Origin: Candidatus Tenderia sp.
GTDB lineage: Bacteria; Pseudomonadota; Gammaproteobacteria; Tenderiales; Tenderiaceae
NCBI GenBank assembly: GCA_031416075.1
Contig: JANOSY010000028.1
Coordinates: forward strand, 1 to 19,352
Reading direction: 5' to 3'
DNA length: 19,352 nt
Made by a program: the position numbers and the translations under genes. Below, one piece after another: positions 9,329 through 18,900 of the stretch. Position 1 is the stretch's first letter; each line of letters starts with the position of its first letter. The notes under the pieces were generated by a model. The model was not told the DNA's origin. It did no database searches and was given only the letters and a program-made list of their open reading frames with translations.

Positions 9329-11016
9329 TCAACCACCCGCAACACCTCAGCCAGACTGGTCTCACCTGAAACCACCTTGGAGACACCATGGCCCCACAAA
9401 TCCATGCCACCAGACCTCAGAAAGGCATTTTCCAGCTTACTCTCGTCGTCCCAGTCCCGGATCATCGCCCTTTCGCCCTCACCGATGGCAATGGCCTCGA
9501 ATAATGGTATCCGCCCGATAAAACCACGCTGCTCACAATGCGGACAACCCTTCGGTTCGAATATGGTGTCAGGCAATACGTCCTCACTCATTGCGCCGGC
9601 CATTAGCTCAAGTTCCTGTGGTGACGGGTGGCGCCCCAATTTACATTGCGGGCAGAGTTGCCTGATTAGCCTTTGCGCGGCCGTCAATTCGAGTGTCGAG
9701 GCCAGCAAATAGCCCTCTATTCCAAGATCTAGTAGCCGAGTCACAGCACCTGCCGCTGTATTCGTGTGCAGCGTTGACAATACCAGATGTCCAGTCAAGG
9801 CAGCCCGGATTGCAATATCGGCCGTCTCCCTATCTCTGATCTCACCGATCATGATGACATCCGGATCGTTTCTCAGGATCGAGCGCAACGCTGCCGGATA
9901 ACTCAGCCCGATATCGGGCTTAACCTGCAACTGCGAAACGCCTGGCAAGGTGTATTCGATCGGATCTTCGACAGTGACGATCTTTAGTTCCGGGTTGCGA
10001 ATTGCATTTAAGGCCGCGTACAAGGTTGTGGTCTTGCCGCTCCCTGTCGGCCCCGTGATCAGGACGATCCCGTGAGGCTGTTTAAGCACGGTTTTGAGGG
10101 TAGACAATCCCTGCGTCGACAGACCGATGCGCTCTAGTTCCAATTGCACCGTCTCCTGTCCCAGCAGCCGCAAAACGATGGACTCGCCATGCAGTGTTGG
10201 AAAGGTGGCCACGCGCAGGTCGATGTTGCGGCCCCTAACAGGAAACTGGATACGTCCATCTTGAGGCAGCCGCTTCTCAGCGATGTCCAGTCGGGCCATC
10301 AGCTTGACCCGTGAAGCGACCGGCTCCACCCAGCGAACAGACAGCATTTCCATCTCCTGCAATAGACCATCAACGCGGTAACGAACACTTAATCCGTTCC
10401 CTGTTGGTTCAAGGTGTATATCTGATGCATGCCGGTCGCTGGCCGTCATGATCAATCGATTCACCAGGCGAATTACCGGTGCATCGGATGCGTGATCGGC
10501 TAACCTGTCGAGGTCTTCTTCAACCACCTTGGTCGAACCGAGGTCAACAGACAACAGCGAGTGGGCAGACTCGTTGGCCGCCAGAGCCTGCTGATGGAAA
10601 AAGTCCTCCAGATCCGATTCATAGGCAACCCGACGAACGACACGTTTTCTGGTAAGAAACTCAATGCCAGCCGCAACGCTATCGTCGGCTGGATCCGCCA
10701 TGGCAAGCTCAATTGTTGCCTCATTGACCGAAAGCGGTAAAACCTTCTTGCTCTTTAAATACTGCGGATTGAGGTCGGCAATGTGAGGGGCCTGGCTCGG
10801 AAATTCGTGACGCCTGACAATCTTGATGCCCAGCAAACTGGAAAAGGCGGATGCCATCTCCTGTTCGGTCACCAGGCCTAAACGGGTGACCACAGAAGCC
10901 ATGGATACACCACTCTGTTTAGCAGCGGTCTGTACCCGTTCTAGAGACTCAGGCGTTAGGAGGCCACTCTGCAATAGTGCGGTGACGACTTGGTGCTCAG
11001 TTAAGACAGGTGTCAT
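9313..11016 (-). CDS. gspE: T2SS ATPase GspE
   Basis: ASDIHLEP, RLPQDGR, Walker A GPTGSGKTT, TVEDPIEY, Walker B DVIMIGEIRD, TGHLVLSTLHTN, CPQC/CPHC zinc motif. Confidence 0.98.
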   Translation of the reverse strand: MTPVLTEHQVVTALLQSGLLTPESLERVQTAAKQSGVSMASVVTRLGLVTEQEMASAFSSLLGIKIVRRHEFPSQAPHIADLNPQYLKSKKVLPLSVNEATIELAMADPADDSVAAGIEFLTRKRVVRRVAYESDLEDFFHQQALAANESAHSLLSVDLGSTKVVEEDLDRLADHASDAPVIRLVNRLIMTASDRHASDIHLEPTGNGLSVRYRVDGLLQEMEMLSVRWVEPVASRVKLMARLDIAEKRLPQDGRIQFPVRGRNIDLRVATFPTLHGESIVLRLLGQETVQLELERIGLSTQGLSTLKTVLKQPHGIVLITGPTGSGKTTTLYAALNAIRNPELKIVTVEDPIEYTLPGVSQLQVKPDIGLSYPAALRSILRNDPDVIMIGEIRDRETADIAIRAALTGHLVLSTLHTNTAAGAVTRLLDLGIEGYLLASTLELTAAQRLIRQLCPQCKLGRHPSPQELELMAGAMSEDVLPDTIFEPKGCPHCEQRGFIGRIPLFEAIAIGEGERAMIRDWDDESKLENAFLRSGGMDLWGHGVSKVVSGETSLAEVLRVVECRRP

Positions 11017-11049
11017 GATGAACGGATTAAGTTAACAAAAGTGATCCAT

Positions 11050-11103
11050 AGACTACGCAACTAATCAAAGCTATACAACGATAATTTCCAAAGATTGTCT
11101 TTG
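11050..11103 (-). promoter_or_regulatory. Possible sigma70-type promoter for the gsp operon with an upstream palindrome
   Basis: TTGTAT (11078-11073), 17 nt, TAGTCT (11055-11050): weak consensus match. Palindrome CAAAGA-N3-TCTTTG at 11089-11103. Confidence 0.3.
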
Positions 11104-11138
11104 AGTTGTGTCGTCGTTACCAATGTTACGGGCGTTGC

Positions 11139-11348
11139 TCAAAGAGCATCCAAGGGTATACCGATCGGCTCACGGTTTTCGTCATATCGATACCATTTTA
11201 GGCGCAGGTCATGGACATTCACTTCCTGTATCTCCGTCCATTTCGTTGGAGCCAGCTCGATACCGTAATCGCCGCGACGACTTTTTCCATAAAAACTAAC
11301 CCAAGTTGGATACTGCCAGAAGAGCTTATCGAAGGTTCCACATTTCAC
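11139..11348 (-). CDS. Small hypothetical ORF, possibly the remnant of an orphan gene cut by IS3
   Basis: 69 aa, GTG start, aromatic-rich, same strand as the locus, 35 nt from the IS3 end. No recognisable motif. Confidence 0.3.
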   Translation of the reverse strand: MKCGTFDKLFWQYPTWVSFYGKSRRGDYGIELAPTKWTEIQEVNVHDLRLKWYRYDENREPIGIPLDAL

Positions 11349-11383
11349 ATAAATTTATCCAGTCTGAAATGTCAACCTACCAA

Positions 11384-11645
11384 TGATCTTGTAAGCCTTG
11401 TCCGGACAAAATATCACGCAATATTTTGGTTTTGTTCTTCATAGCCCAAGGGCGTCTGATAGCCGATAGTTGAGTGATACCTCTGACGGTTATAAAACAC
11501 CTCGATGTACTCAAAGATCTCCTGTTTGGCCTCATCTCGGGTCTGGTAGTGCCAGGGATGAATCAGTTCGGTCTTCAGCGTATGGAAGAAGCTCTCAGCA
11601 GGAGCATTGTCCCAACAATTGCCTCTGCGACTCATGCTGCAAATG
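11384..11645 (-). mobile_element. IS3-family remnant (OrfB integrase C-terminus and right inverted repeat)
   Basis: [24 protein letters not shown]...[20 protein letters not shown] (11414-11635). Terminal TGATCTTGTAAGCCTTGTCCGGAC begins at 11384. Confidence 0.92.
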
Positions 11646-11892
11646 GAGCGTCCCGATATCCATATCCCCTGACTAGCCCGTGGCCCTGTGGCTGCACACT
11701 TAAACGCGCACTACATCCCTATCGACTGGCATTGAAACGCCACGCCGCTATTCATTTTTATTACGTTGCGCCGGTTACCGTGTAGCTGGTACGGTTGCCC
11801 GCCGCATCGTATACATAGGCGATCACCACCCCGTTGCCGTAGGTAGCTGTGGAGAGTCGGCCCAGCGTGTCGTAGGTGTAGGCTACTGAACC
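11646..11892 (-). repeat. Diverged direct copy of 19003-19295 (mini-YD mature region, intergenic leader, first 6 rhs codons)
   Basis: Manual alignment. Encodes GSVAYTYDTLGRLSTATYGNGVVIAYVYDAAGNRTSYTVTGAT*, then the leader, then ATG at 11663 giving MDIGTL (versus MDIRKL). Confidence 0.93.
11761..11892 (-). pseudogene. Second mini-YD gene lacking its signal peptide
   Basis: Open frame of 43 codons, 39 of the first 42 residues identical to the mature 19161-19352 product. No ATG or signal peptide upstream; only an in-frame TTG at 11904. Confidence 0.8.
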
Positions 11893-11910
11893 AAGTAATG
11901 CCAATGTTCG

Positions 11911-12471
11911 TCACATTCTAAGTGAGGCCTCATCCTCTTCTGTCCAGCTCTCTGGGGGCCAAACACCTCTTTCTTGCATCGATTTTTTTCGAACACCGGG
12001 TGTGTTCTCTTGATTCGTATATAAGCGTATGTTTGGGTTAAGTTCACCAATTTCGAACCATCGTTCGACTTGCCAAAACAGGTGTATTAGATGCGCCACG
12101 GCCTTTTCCACAGAATATTTCGTAGTGCGAAATCCAAATAAAGCATTAGGACTGAACCAAAACATGGAATATGGCAAACTGTAAAGTCTGCCATGTTGCA
12201 CAAGATGAGCTATTTGCACATTTTTCCTACTCACGAATCGACCGTAGGCGTCGATAATTCCATTTGCTGGCACAACTCCAAAATTCAGGACAAATTTCGG
12301 TCTGTTGTGCTTGTCAAATTGCACTTCTATTATTTCATCACGCTCTTCACCTGACCGCCGGTAGGGATAGAATTCGTTTCGTTTTTTCTCAGGCTGGAAT
12401 CCCAGCCCGAGTACATGCATTCCAAAATCATCAACAATGGCTTCTTTTAATAATGACGTAAGTTGCTCCAT
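11911..12471 (-). CDS. Hypothetical protein, putative orphan immunity protein (DUF4304-like)
   Basis: Low GC, directly downstream of the toxin/Imm8 pair. LGF...YRR...IIEVQFDK...FVLNFGV pattern resembles DUF4304-type proteins (from memory, not searched). Confidence 0.55.
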   Translation of the reverse strand: MEQLTSLLKEAIVDDFGMHVLGLGFQPEKKRNEFYPYRRSGEERDEIIEVQFDKHNRPKFVLNFGVVPANGIIDAYGRFVSRKNVQIAHLVQHGRLYSLPYSMFWFSPNALFGFRTTKYSVEKAVAHLIHLFWQVERWFEIGELNPNIRLYTNQENTPGVRKKSMQERGVWPPESWTEEDEASLRM

Positions 12472-12516
12472 CAATGCTTACCTATCAGGCGGTCTATTTT
12501 AGTGCCGAACCCACAC

Positions 12517-12633
12517 TCCCACTAAAACGCCGTCCGGACGTGTTTCTTAGATTTCCCATTCAGATTCCCAGTCACCCAACAACCCAACTCTGCGATAAAC
12601 GTCATCAACATTCCTTCCTTTACACATCTTTAT
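12517..12633 (-). repeat. Inverted repeat, right copy (partner 1006-1119)
   Basis: See the left copy; covers the imm8 3' end and downstream flank. Confidence 0.9.
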
Positions 12634-12915
12634 ATAAGATTCAATGTACCCAATTATTTTTTCGTAAGAATAAATACCTACAATAATTTTCCCATGTCCA
12701 ATTACACAATCATTCTCTCTTAGTTCTTCAATAATCCAACTGGGAGTACAAGCTTCAATATCGAAACGCTCAGAACCGTCGCGCCCCCCGATTCCAACGA
12801 ACACTTCCAAATCAATCGAAAATTTTAAAGGGTCAGCAGGTCTATATTTTTCAATTTCCGCATTCTCCGCACCAGAATCTATTAACGTTATGTGGCGTAT
12901 TACTGCTTGCAACAT
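12547..12915 (-). CDS. Imm8-family immunity protein, cognate to the Rhs C-terminal toxin
   Basis: Likely start ATG 12915 (AAGGA 6 nt upstream), 122 aa. Motifs YRPADP..F, IG..G.E.F.I.ACTPSW, GHGKIIV, C.G and C-terminal WExE. Immediately follows the toxin; low GC. Confidence 0.85.
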   Translation of the reverse strand: MLQAVIRHITLIDSGAENAEIEKYRPADPLKFSIDLEVFVGIGGRDGSERFDIEACTPSWIIEELRENDCVIGHGKIIVGIYSYEKIIGYIESYIKMCKGRNVDDVYRRVGLLGDWESEWEI

Positions 12916-12978
12916 ATCCATTCCTTGTGAATTATTTTTCATACCCAGCCTGCAACCGATAAACATTGAATTTGTTGG

Positions 12979-15900
12979 CTACTTACCCACAAAAGAACCG
13001 ACAGTCCCACCGATTGTGCCGCCAAGAATACCCTCTCCAACCTGTGTGCCTAGCGGCGTAACATTGGCATGAATATTCGTGATAATGTTTGGCTTACCAG
13101 ATAATTTAGGAATACTAGATTCAAAGTTTGCCTGTGTGCTTCCTGTTTTCTTAAGCGCTGGTGCCCGATATGAGTACTGCCCCCCTTGACTTGTGAATGA
13201 TCGGCCAAGTTGATTGGCCTCCGCCTTTGTGACATTTTGACTGATAGCGCTAGTAAACTTTGGCTCAGCACCCGATGTCACTAGGTTACGTCCAGTGTTA
13301 GTAAGCTTATTTATCTCACCAAGCTTGTTCACGGTATTTATTTTTGACGCAATTCCCGCCCCGACAGCCCCCAGCCCAGCGGAAACCCCAACACTTGTCC
13401 AGCTTACATCCGAGAAACTGCCTCCATTCGAGTACAACTGGATTCCAAGGTCAAGACCTCCGCCAATAAACGCGCCTATAACGCACGATGGGCAATTTCC
13501 CGTCGGATCGGTCAAATTCACCGGATCATTCCCCACATACCCATACAGGTTCATATCATCCGCATAGCCGATAGGATCGGTCTGCAGGAACCTGCCCAGC
13601 GCCGGGGAGTAGATGCGGGCCTTATAGTAGTAGAGGTTGAGCTGGCCCAAGAGCTGCTGGCCGGTGTAGCGAAAGCGCACGCCGGTGGTGACGTTGGGTT
13701 CGCCGTAGGGGCCGTAGGTGTAGGTGGCGGTGCTGGTGCCTGCGCTGTTGGCGGTGGCGACGATACTGCCGAGGTGGTCGGCGTAGAACCAGCTTTTGTT
13801 GGTGGTGGTGCTGCCTTCGTACCAGACCAGCGGTTCGTCGATGCCGGGGCCGTGGACGTAGCGGCGCAGGACGTTGCCGACGCTGTCATATTCGGCGGCC
13901 AGATCGACGCCGTCGTAGAGCAGGTTGGTGGTGGACCCGCCGATGACGGTCTGGCGCAGCCGCCCTTCGGCGTCATAGGCGAGGGTGGCGGTGAGGCCGG
14001 TCTTGGTGGCGCTCTTGAGGCGGTTGTCGGTGTCGTAGCCGTAGCTCCAGACGCCGTCGCCGCTGAGGTTGCCGTTGGTGTCGTAGCCGAGGGTGGCCCC
14101 GGCGGCGGCGGTGTATTGGTTGAGGCCGTTGGCGGTGTAGCTGCGGGCACCGTTGGTGTAGCCGGTCCATTGGTAGAGGTCGTTGTTCCAGCTGTGGCCG
14201 GTGATCTCCTGGGCCTGGTTGCGGCTGTAGGTGTGGGTGACGTCCTGGGCGGTGCCGGTGAGGTTGTGGCCGAGGCTGGCCAGGGCGCTCTGGGTGGTGT
14301 AGCCGTAGCCGGTGGTGGTCAGGCCGTTGCCGCGGGTGACGGTGGTGCGCCGCGAGAGGTCGTCGTAGGCGTAGCTGGCCAGGGTGGTGGCGCCCAGTTC
14401 GAGGAGGGCGGTCGGACGGTTGAGGGCGTCGTAGGTGGTGGTGACGTAGAAGCTGGTTTCGGGCCAGGTCTGGCGGGTGCGGTTGCCGGCCGGGTCGTAC
14501 TGGTAGGCCATGGTCTTGCCGCCGGCGCTGGTGCTGGTGAGCCGCCCGGCGTTGTCCCAGGCGTAGCTGATGCCATAGCTGGCGTTGGCGTAGTTGGCGG
14601 CGGTGCGGCGGCCGAGCAGGTCGTAGCTGAAGCTGACGTTGTCGGCTACGGTTGGGTAGCTGCGGGTCAGGAGGCGGTTGAGGTTGTCGTAGGCGAGCGT
14701 GACGGTCTGGCCGTTGCGCTTCCTCACGCTGGTGACGTTGCCGTTGGCGTCAAAGCCGTACTGCTCGTAGTCGGTGGCAGAGGAGCTGTTGACGGTAGTC
14801 GGGTTTGGATAAAGGGTTTTGAGTTTGCGATCATGACCGTCGTACTGGTAGGTGGTCAGGTTGTTTTTGGCGTCCTTGACGGTGGCGGGCAGGCCGTTGA
14901 CGGTGTAGGTGTAGGTGGCGTAGGTCTGCGCCAGCGTTGTACCGACGGCGCGTTTGACGGACTGGACGCTGTCGTCGGCGTTGTAGACGGTCTCGCTGAT
15001 GCGGTTGCCCCCCTCCCCTGCGGTGAGGTTTTCGGTCACCCGCAACGGCCGGTCGAGGTCGTCGTAGAGATAGTCGGCCACCGCCACTGGGGCGGCGGCG
15101 GTTGGGCAGGTGGTGTCGAGCGCGGTCTGTCCGGGACCCCAGGCCTTGAGCAGTTTGCCGCTGTTGGTATAGGTGCTGCAGGAGACCAGCCATTGGGTGC
15201 CGATCTGGGCGGCGCTGCGTATTACCCGACCGTCGGCGTCATAGGCCTGGCGGGTGAGTTTGCCCAAAGCATTGGTGGTCTGGGTCACGCGGCGTTCGGC
15301 GTCGTAGGCGTAGGTGACGGTATCGGTGACGTCGCTGCGCGGGCCGTTGAGCTGGGTGAGGTTGCCAAAACCGTCATAGGTGAAACTGGTGGTGAGGTTG
15401 AGCGTGCCAGTGCCGGAATCGACCACGGCAGTCGCGGGCACATACTTGTTGGCCGTGTTGTAGCTGGTGGTGGTGACCACGGTGGCGGTGGCGCTGCTCT
15501 TGCTGGTAACGCTGCTCTGCAGGTAGAAGGTGGGGAAACCTGCCGGTGTGTAGGCGATGTAGCCATAGGTGGTGGTGGGCTGTACGCCCGCGGCATCCGC
15601 TGGGGCAAGCACCGTCAGGGGGTTGCCCTGGGCGGTATAGGTAAAGGTGGTCAGCTTGCCGCGTGGGTCGGTGACGCTGGCCACTTTGTTGAAGGTTGAT
15701 TCATAGGTGGTATTAGTGACCAGGTTGACCAGGCCTGAACCGGCCTTGGGGATCTGGGTGATGGTCTTGACGTTGTGGGTGCAGCGCTTCTGGGCGGCGC
15801 AGGGGGCGTCATCATAGACGTAGGTGGCGCTGTTGCCCTCGGGCAGCACGGTGCTTACCGGCCGTGACTGGCCATCATAGGTGGTGGTCGTGGCGCGGCC

Positions 15901-18900
15901 CAGCGGGTCGATGCGCTTGGTGACCTTGCCCAGGCCATTGAGGTAGGAGACCCGGCTGATGTTGCCTGGCCCCACTTCCTCGGAGCGCCAACCCGCAAAG
16001 TAATAGGTGTAGAGCTTGCCGTTGGCGTTGGTCTGGGTCTGCACCCGGCCCAGGGTGTCGTAGACGTTGGTGAGGAAGGCCACCGCTGGCGTGCTCGGGT
16101 AGTAGAGCTTGGTCATGCGTCCGGGCAGGTCGTACTGGAAGGTGGTGTTCCTGGCCGTGGCGTCGGTGAAGGTGGCGAGGTTGCCGCTGGCGTCATAGAG
16201 ATACTTGACGTTGCGGGCGCCGTCGGCGACCTGGGTCACCCGTCCCGTGGTGTTGGTGAGTGTCAGGCTGCGGCCCAGGCTGTTGGCGACATGAGTGAGG
16301 TCGTTGCCAGTGTAGGTGAAGTTGGCCTGCACGCCGCTGGGGTGCAGATAGGTGGCGATCTTGCCGGCGGTGTTGAAGTTGAGCCTGGCCTTGTTCAGCG
16401 TCTCGTAGCTGTAGCTGGTGTCGGCATTTTTGATGAGCTTGGCGGCATTGCCGGGCGGGGCGTTGTAGGTGCCGTCGGGCAGCTTGACGAACACTTCGCC
16501 GTTGAGGCCCTGACGCACGATGACGGTGTTGCTGAGGAGCTGGTCGCCGAACCAGCGCTGGCCGAGGGTGGCGATGACCATCTTGTCCAGGGGTTTGGCC
16601 ACATCGCTCAACAGATCAAATGAGACCATCTTCTCGACGATGCTGGTGACGGCGTCCAGCGCCGAGTCTTCACCCAGCCCCTGGAAGCCGTCCGAGCCCA
16701 CCGTGGTGCTGGCGGCGAGGTTGTGTGTCCAGCCCTTGCCCAGCGGGCCGCTCTGGGTACGCAGCCCTGAACTATAGAGCTTCTCGAAGTTCAGGCTCAG
16801 GGGGAAGGCGCCCACGCCCGTGGTGATGTCGCTGCGGGCGTAGAGGTAGTGGCCATTGGCCATGTCGATGGGGTCGCCGAAGGTTTGATACGGGAACGTC
16901 TGGATCAGCTCGTTGGGGCTGATGGAGAAATTCAGGCCGTTATCGTCAAATATCGTGGGCGCCAAGATCTCAGAGGCAAAACCACCCGCCAGACCACCGC
17001 CAATGATGGCGCCGATGCTGGTGCTGGTGCCGCTGACCAGGATATTGAAGTAGCCGGCGCCACTCCAGCTGTTCTCGGTGATATTGCAGCGCGCGGGCAG
17101 GATCAGGCGACGACCGGCATTGACCGCCGCCTGGAAGGTCGGTTGCCAAGCGGCGCAGGAGACCAGGTTGGGTTGCACGGCAGTGGCATAATTTGCCAAC
17201 TTAGCATCGTAGAAACGCTCATTGTTAATCGCGGCGATGTCAATCAGCTTCACGGTGGAGACTGCGCTCACCCCGGCAATCTGCTGCACCGCCGTGGACT
17301 CGAAGATACTCGAGTGCATAGCAGCGCTGAAGAAGGCGGCTGACTCTTTGGCGGTGTCAGCGCTCTGACTGACCACGCTCAGCATGTTGCCCGGCAGGTC
17401 GACGTAGGGAGAGGTGTTGTAGCCAGCGATGCCGATCTGGTGGTGGAACAGGGTGTTGGTCTTGGCCAGACGATCATTAATATAGTCGGCCTGGTTGACC
17501 TGGGCGATCCAGGTGGCGGAGAGCACCGCCAGGGTCGAACCCAGCACCGCTTCGCTGGTGTCGGCATTGCCGGCGGCCTTGGCATTATCCAGCTGCGTGC
17601 GGTACTGCTCGACAAGCCCACGGCCCGCGGTCCCCCAGCCATTGCCGATCAGGAAGGTGCCACCCGCCTTGATGGACTGGGTGAAGTTCTGGTTGGCATA
17701 GGTCGAGGCGTAGGCACCATGGGTCACAGTGAAGGTGACGTTGGCGTTAGTACCGGGAGTGATTGCCGTGCCAATGGCCTGACTCACGCCATCAAGCATC
17801 AGTACCGGCTGGTTGGAGGCGTTGTAGGTGATGCTCAACCGCTTGCCGTAGAGCGCGTCCGAGGTGTAGGTCGTGTCGATCCCCTGGTACTGCATGCGCA
17901 GGGTGGGCCGGTAGTTGGCCGGGATGTCCGTGGTCCACTCGGTCAGCGCCACCGCGGTGTCCTGGTAGGGCAATACGGTCTGGCGCAGGTTGGCGCCGCT
18001 GTGCGGGGTGATGGTCATGCCGCCCACCACGTCTTCCAGCGTCCCGGCAGGTTTGTTGCTGCGCAGGTAGTTGGTGAGGTTGGTGGCGTAGCTGGTGAGG
18101 TTGGTGCGGATATTGGGGCGGTTGATCCCCTGCACGTAGTCGGCGGTGACCGTGGTGCCGGTCTTGGCCGCCGTCAGGTAGCTGGCGGCGTTGTAGCCGG
18201 TGGCTGCCGCCAGATCGATGCCGCTCTTGAGGGTATGGGGTTTGTAGCTCGGGTCAAAATAGTAGGCGATGCCGCCGATAGTGGCCTTCACCCAGACATG
18301 GTCGATCTTCATGCTCACCAGCGCCGCGGTGGAGCCGGGGCAGCTACCCGCCGCCGTCGCAGTCACCGAAGCGATGGGGATCTGACCTTGTGATAACAGG
18401 TTGATCACCGCGCAGACATTGCTGGTATCAACCCCCAGCCAGGTGTTGACCTGGGCCGCCGTCAGGTTGATCCGCCCCTTGACGTAGCTGGCGGTGTAAC
18501 CCGCCTGGCGCAGCAGCGACACCATCAGCGCCGCCTGGTCGTAGGCGGTGCCCTGATTGTCCAGAATCGCGCCTACCGCCCCCTTTTGTACCCCCCACAC
18601 CGGGTAGTACTCGATGTTGTTGCGCACATATTCGTAGATGAGGTCAGGGTTATTCTTCAGCGCCCGCGCCAGTTCGGCGATGGAGGCCGGGCCGACGGGG
18701 GCGGCGGTGGCGAGTGTCTGGAGAGTGCCGTCGGTGCTGCCCTGGTTCAGGTTGGCAGGCACAGGGCGCGAGCGGATCGCCCGTTCGGATTCTGCCGGGG
18801 TCACCGGCGGCATGATGGCGCGGTTGACGCCGGGTTGGGGACTCTCGGGGGCAACCGGCTGCTTGGCGCCGAGGGCGGACGCTTGGGATTGGGCCGCCTG

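Noticed and set aside
10850-11016. c-di-GMP-binding MshEN motif at the GspE N-terminus
   Set aside because: Spacing of L..G(L) residues is similar, but the RLG signature is missing at the expected positions, so binding cannot be supported.
6175-11016. Type IV pilus or competence interpretation of the pilin/ATPase genes
   Set aside because: GspG, H, K, L, M and D signatures and the absence of PilT/PilM indicate a T2SS.
11711-11914. 67-aa minus-strand ORF from the track
   Set aside because: Wrong frame; the conserved YD-encoding frame is 11761-11892.
12495-12530. SGSVGSALK* as the remnant of an orphan toxin C-terminus before the DUF4304-like gene
   Set aside because: Too short to be significant, and partly explained by the inverted repeat.
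13774-15699. 641-aa plus-strand ORF and other long ORFs overlapping rhs (17440-18393, 13551-14150)
   Set aside because: Shadow or alternate frames of the GC-rich rhs gene, with V/G/A- or P/T/A-rich low-information translations.
13600-16400. Recurring GTCGTAG/GTAGGT motifs as DNA repeats or a CRISPR array
   Set aside because: They are codons of YD/YT protein repeats; there is no constant repeat-spacer structure.
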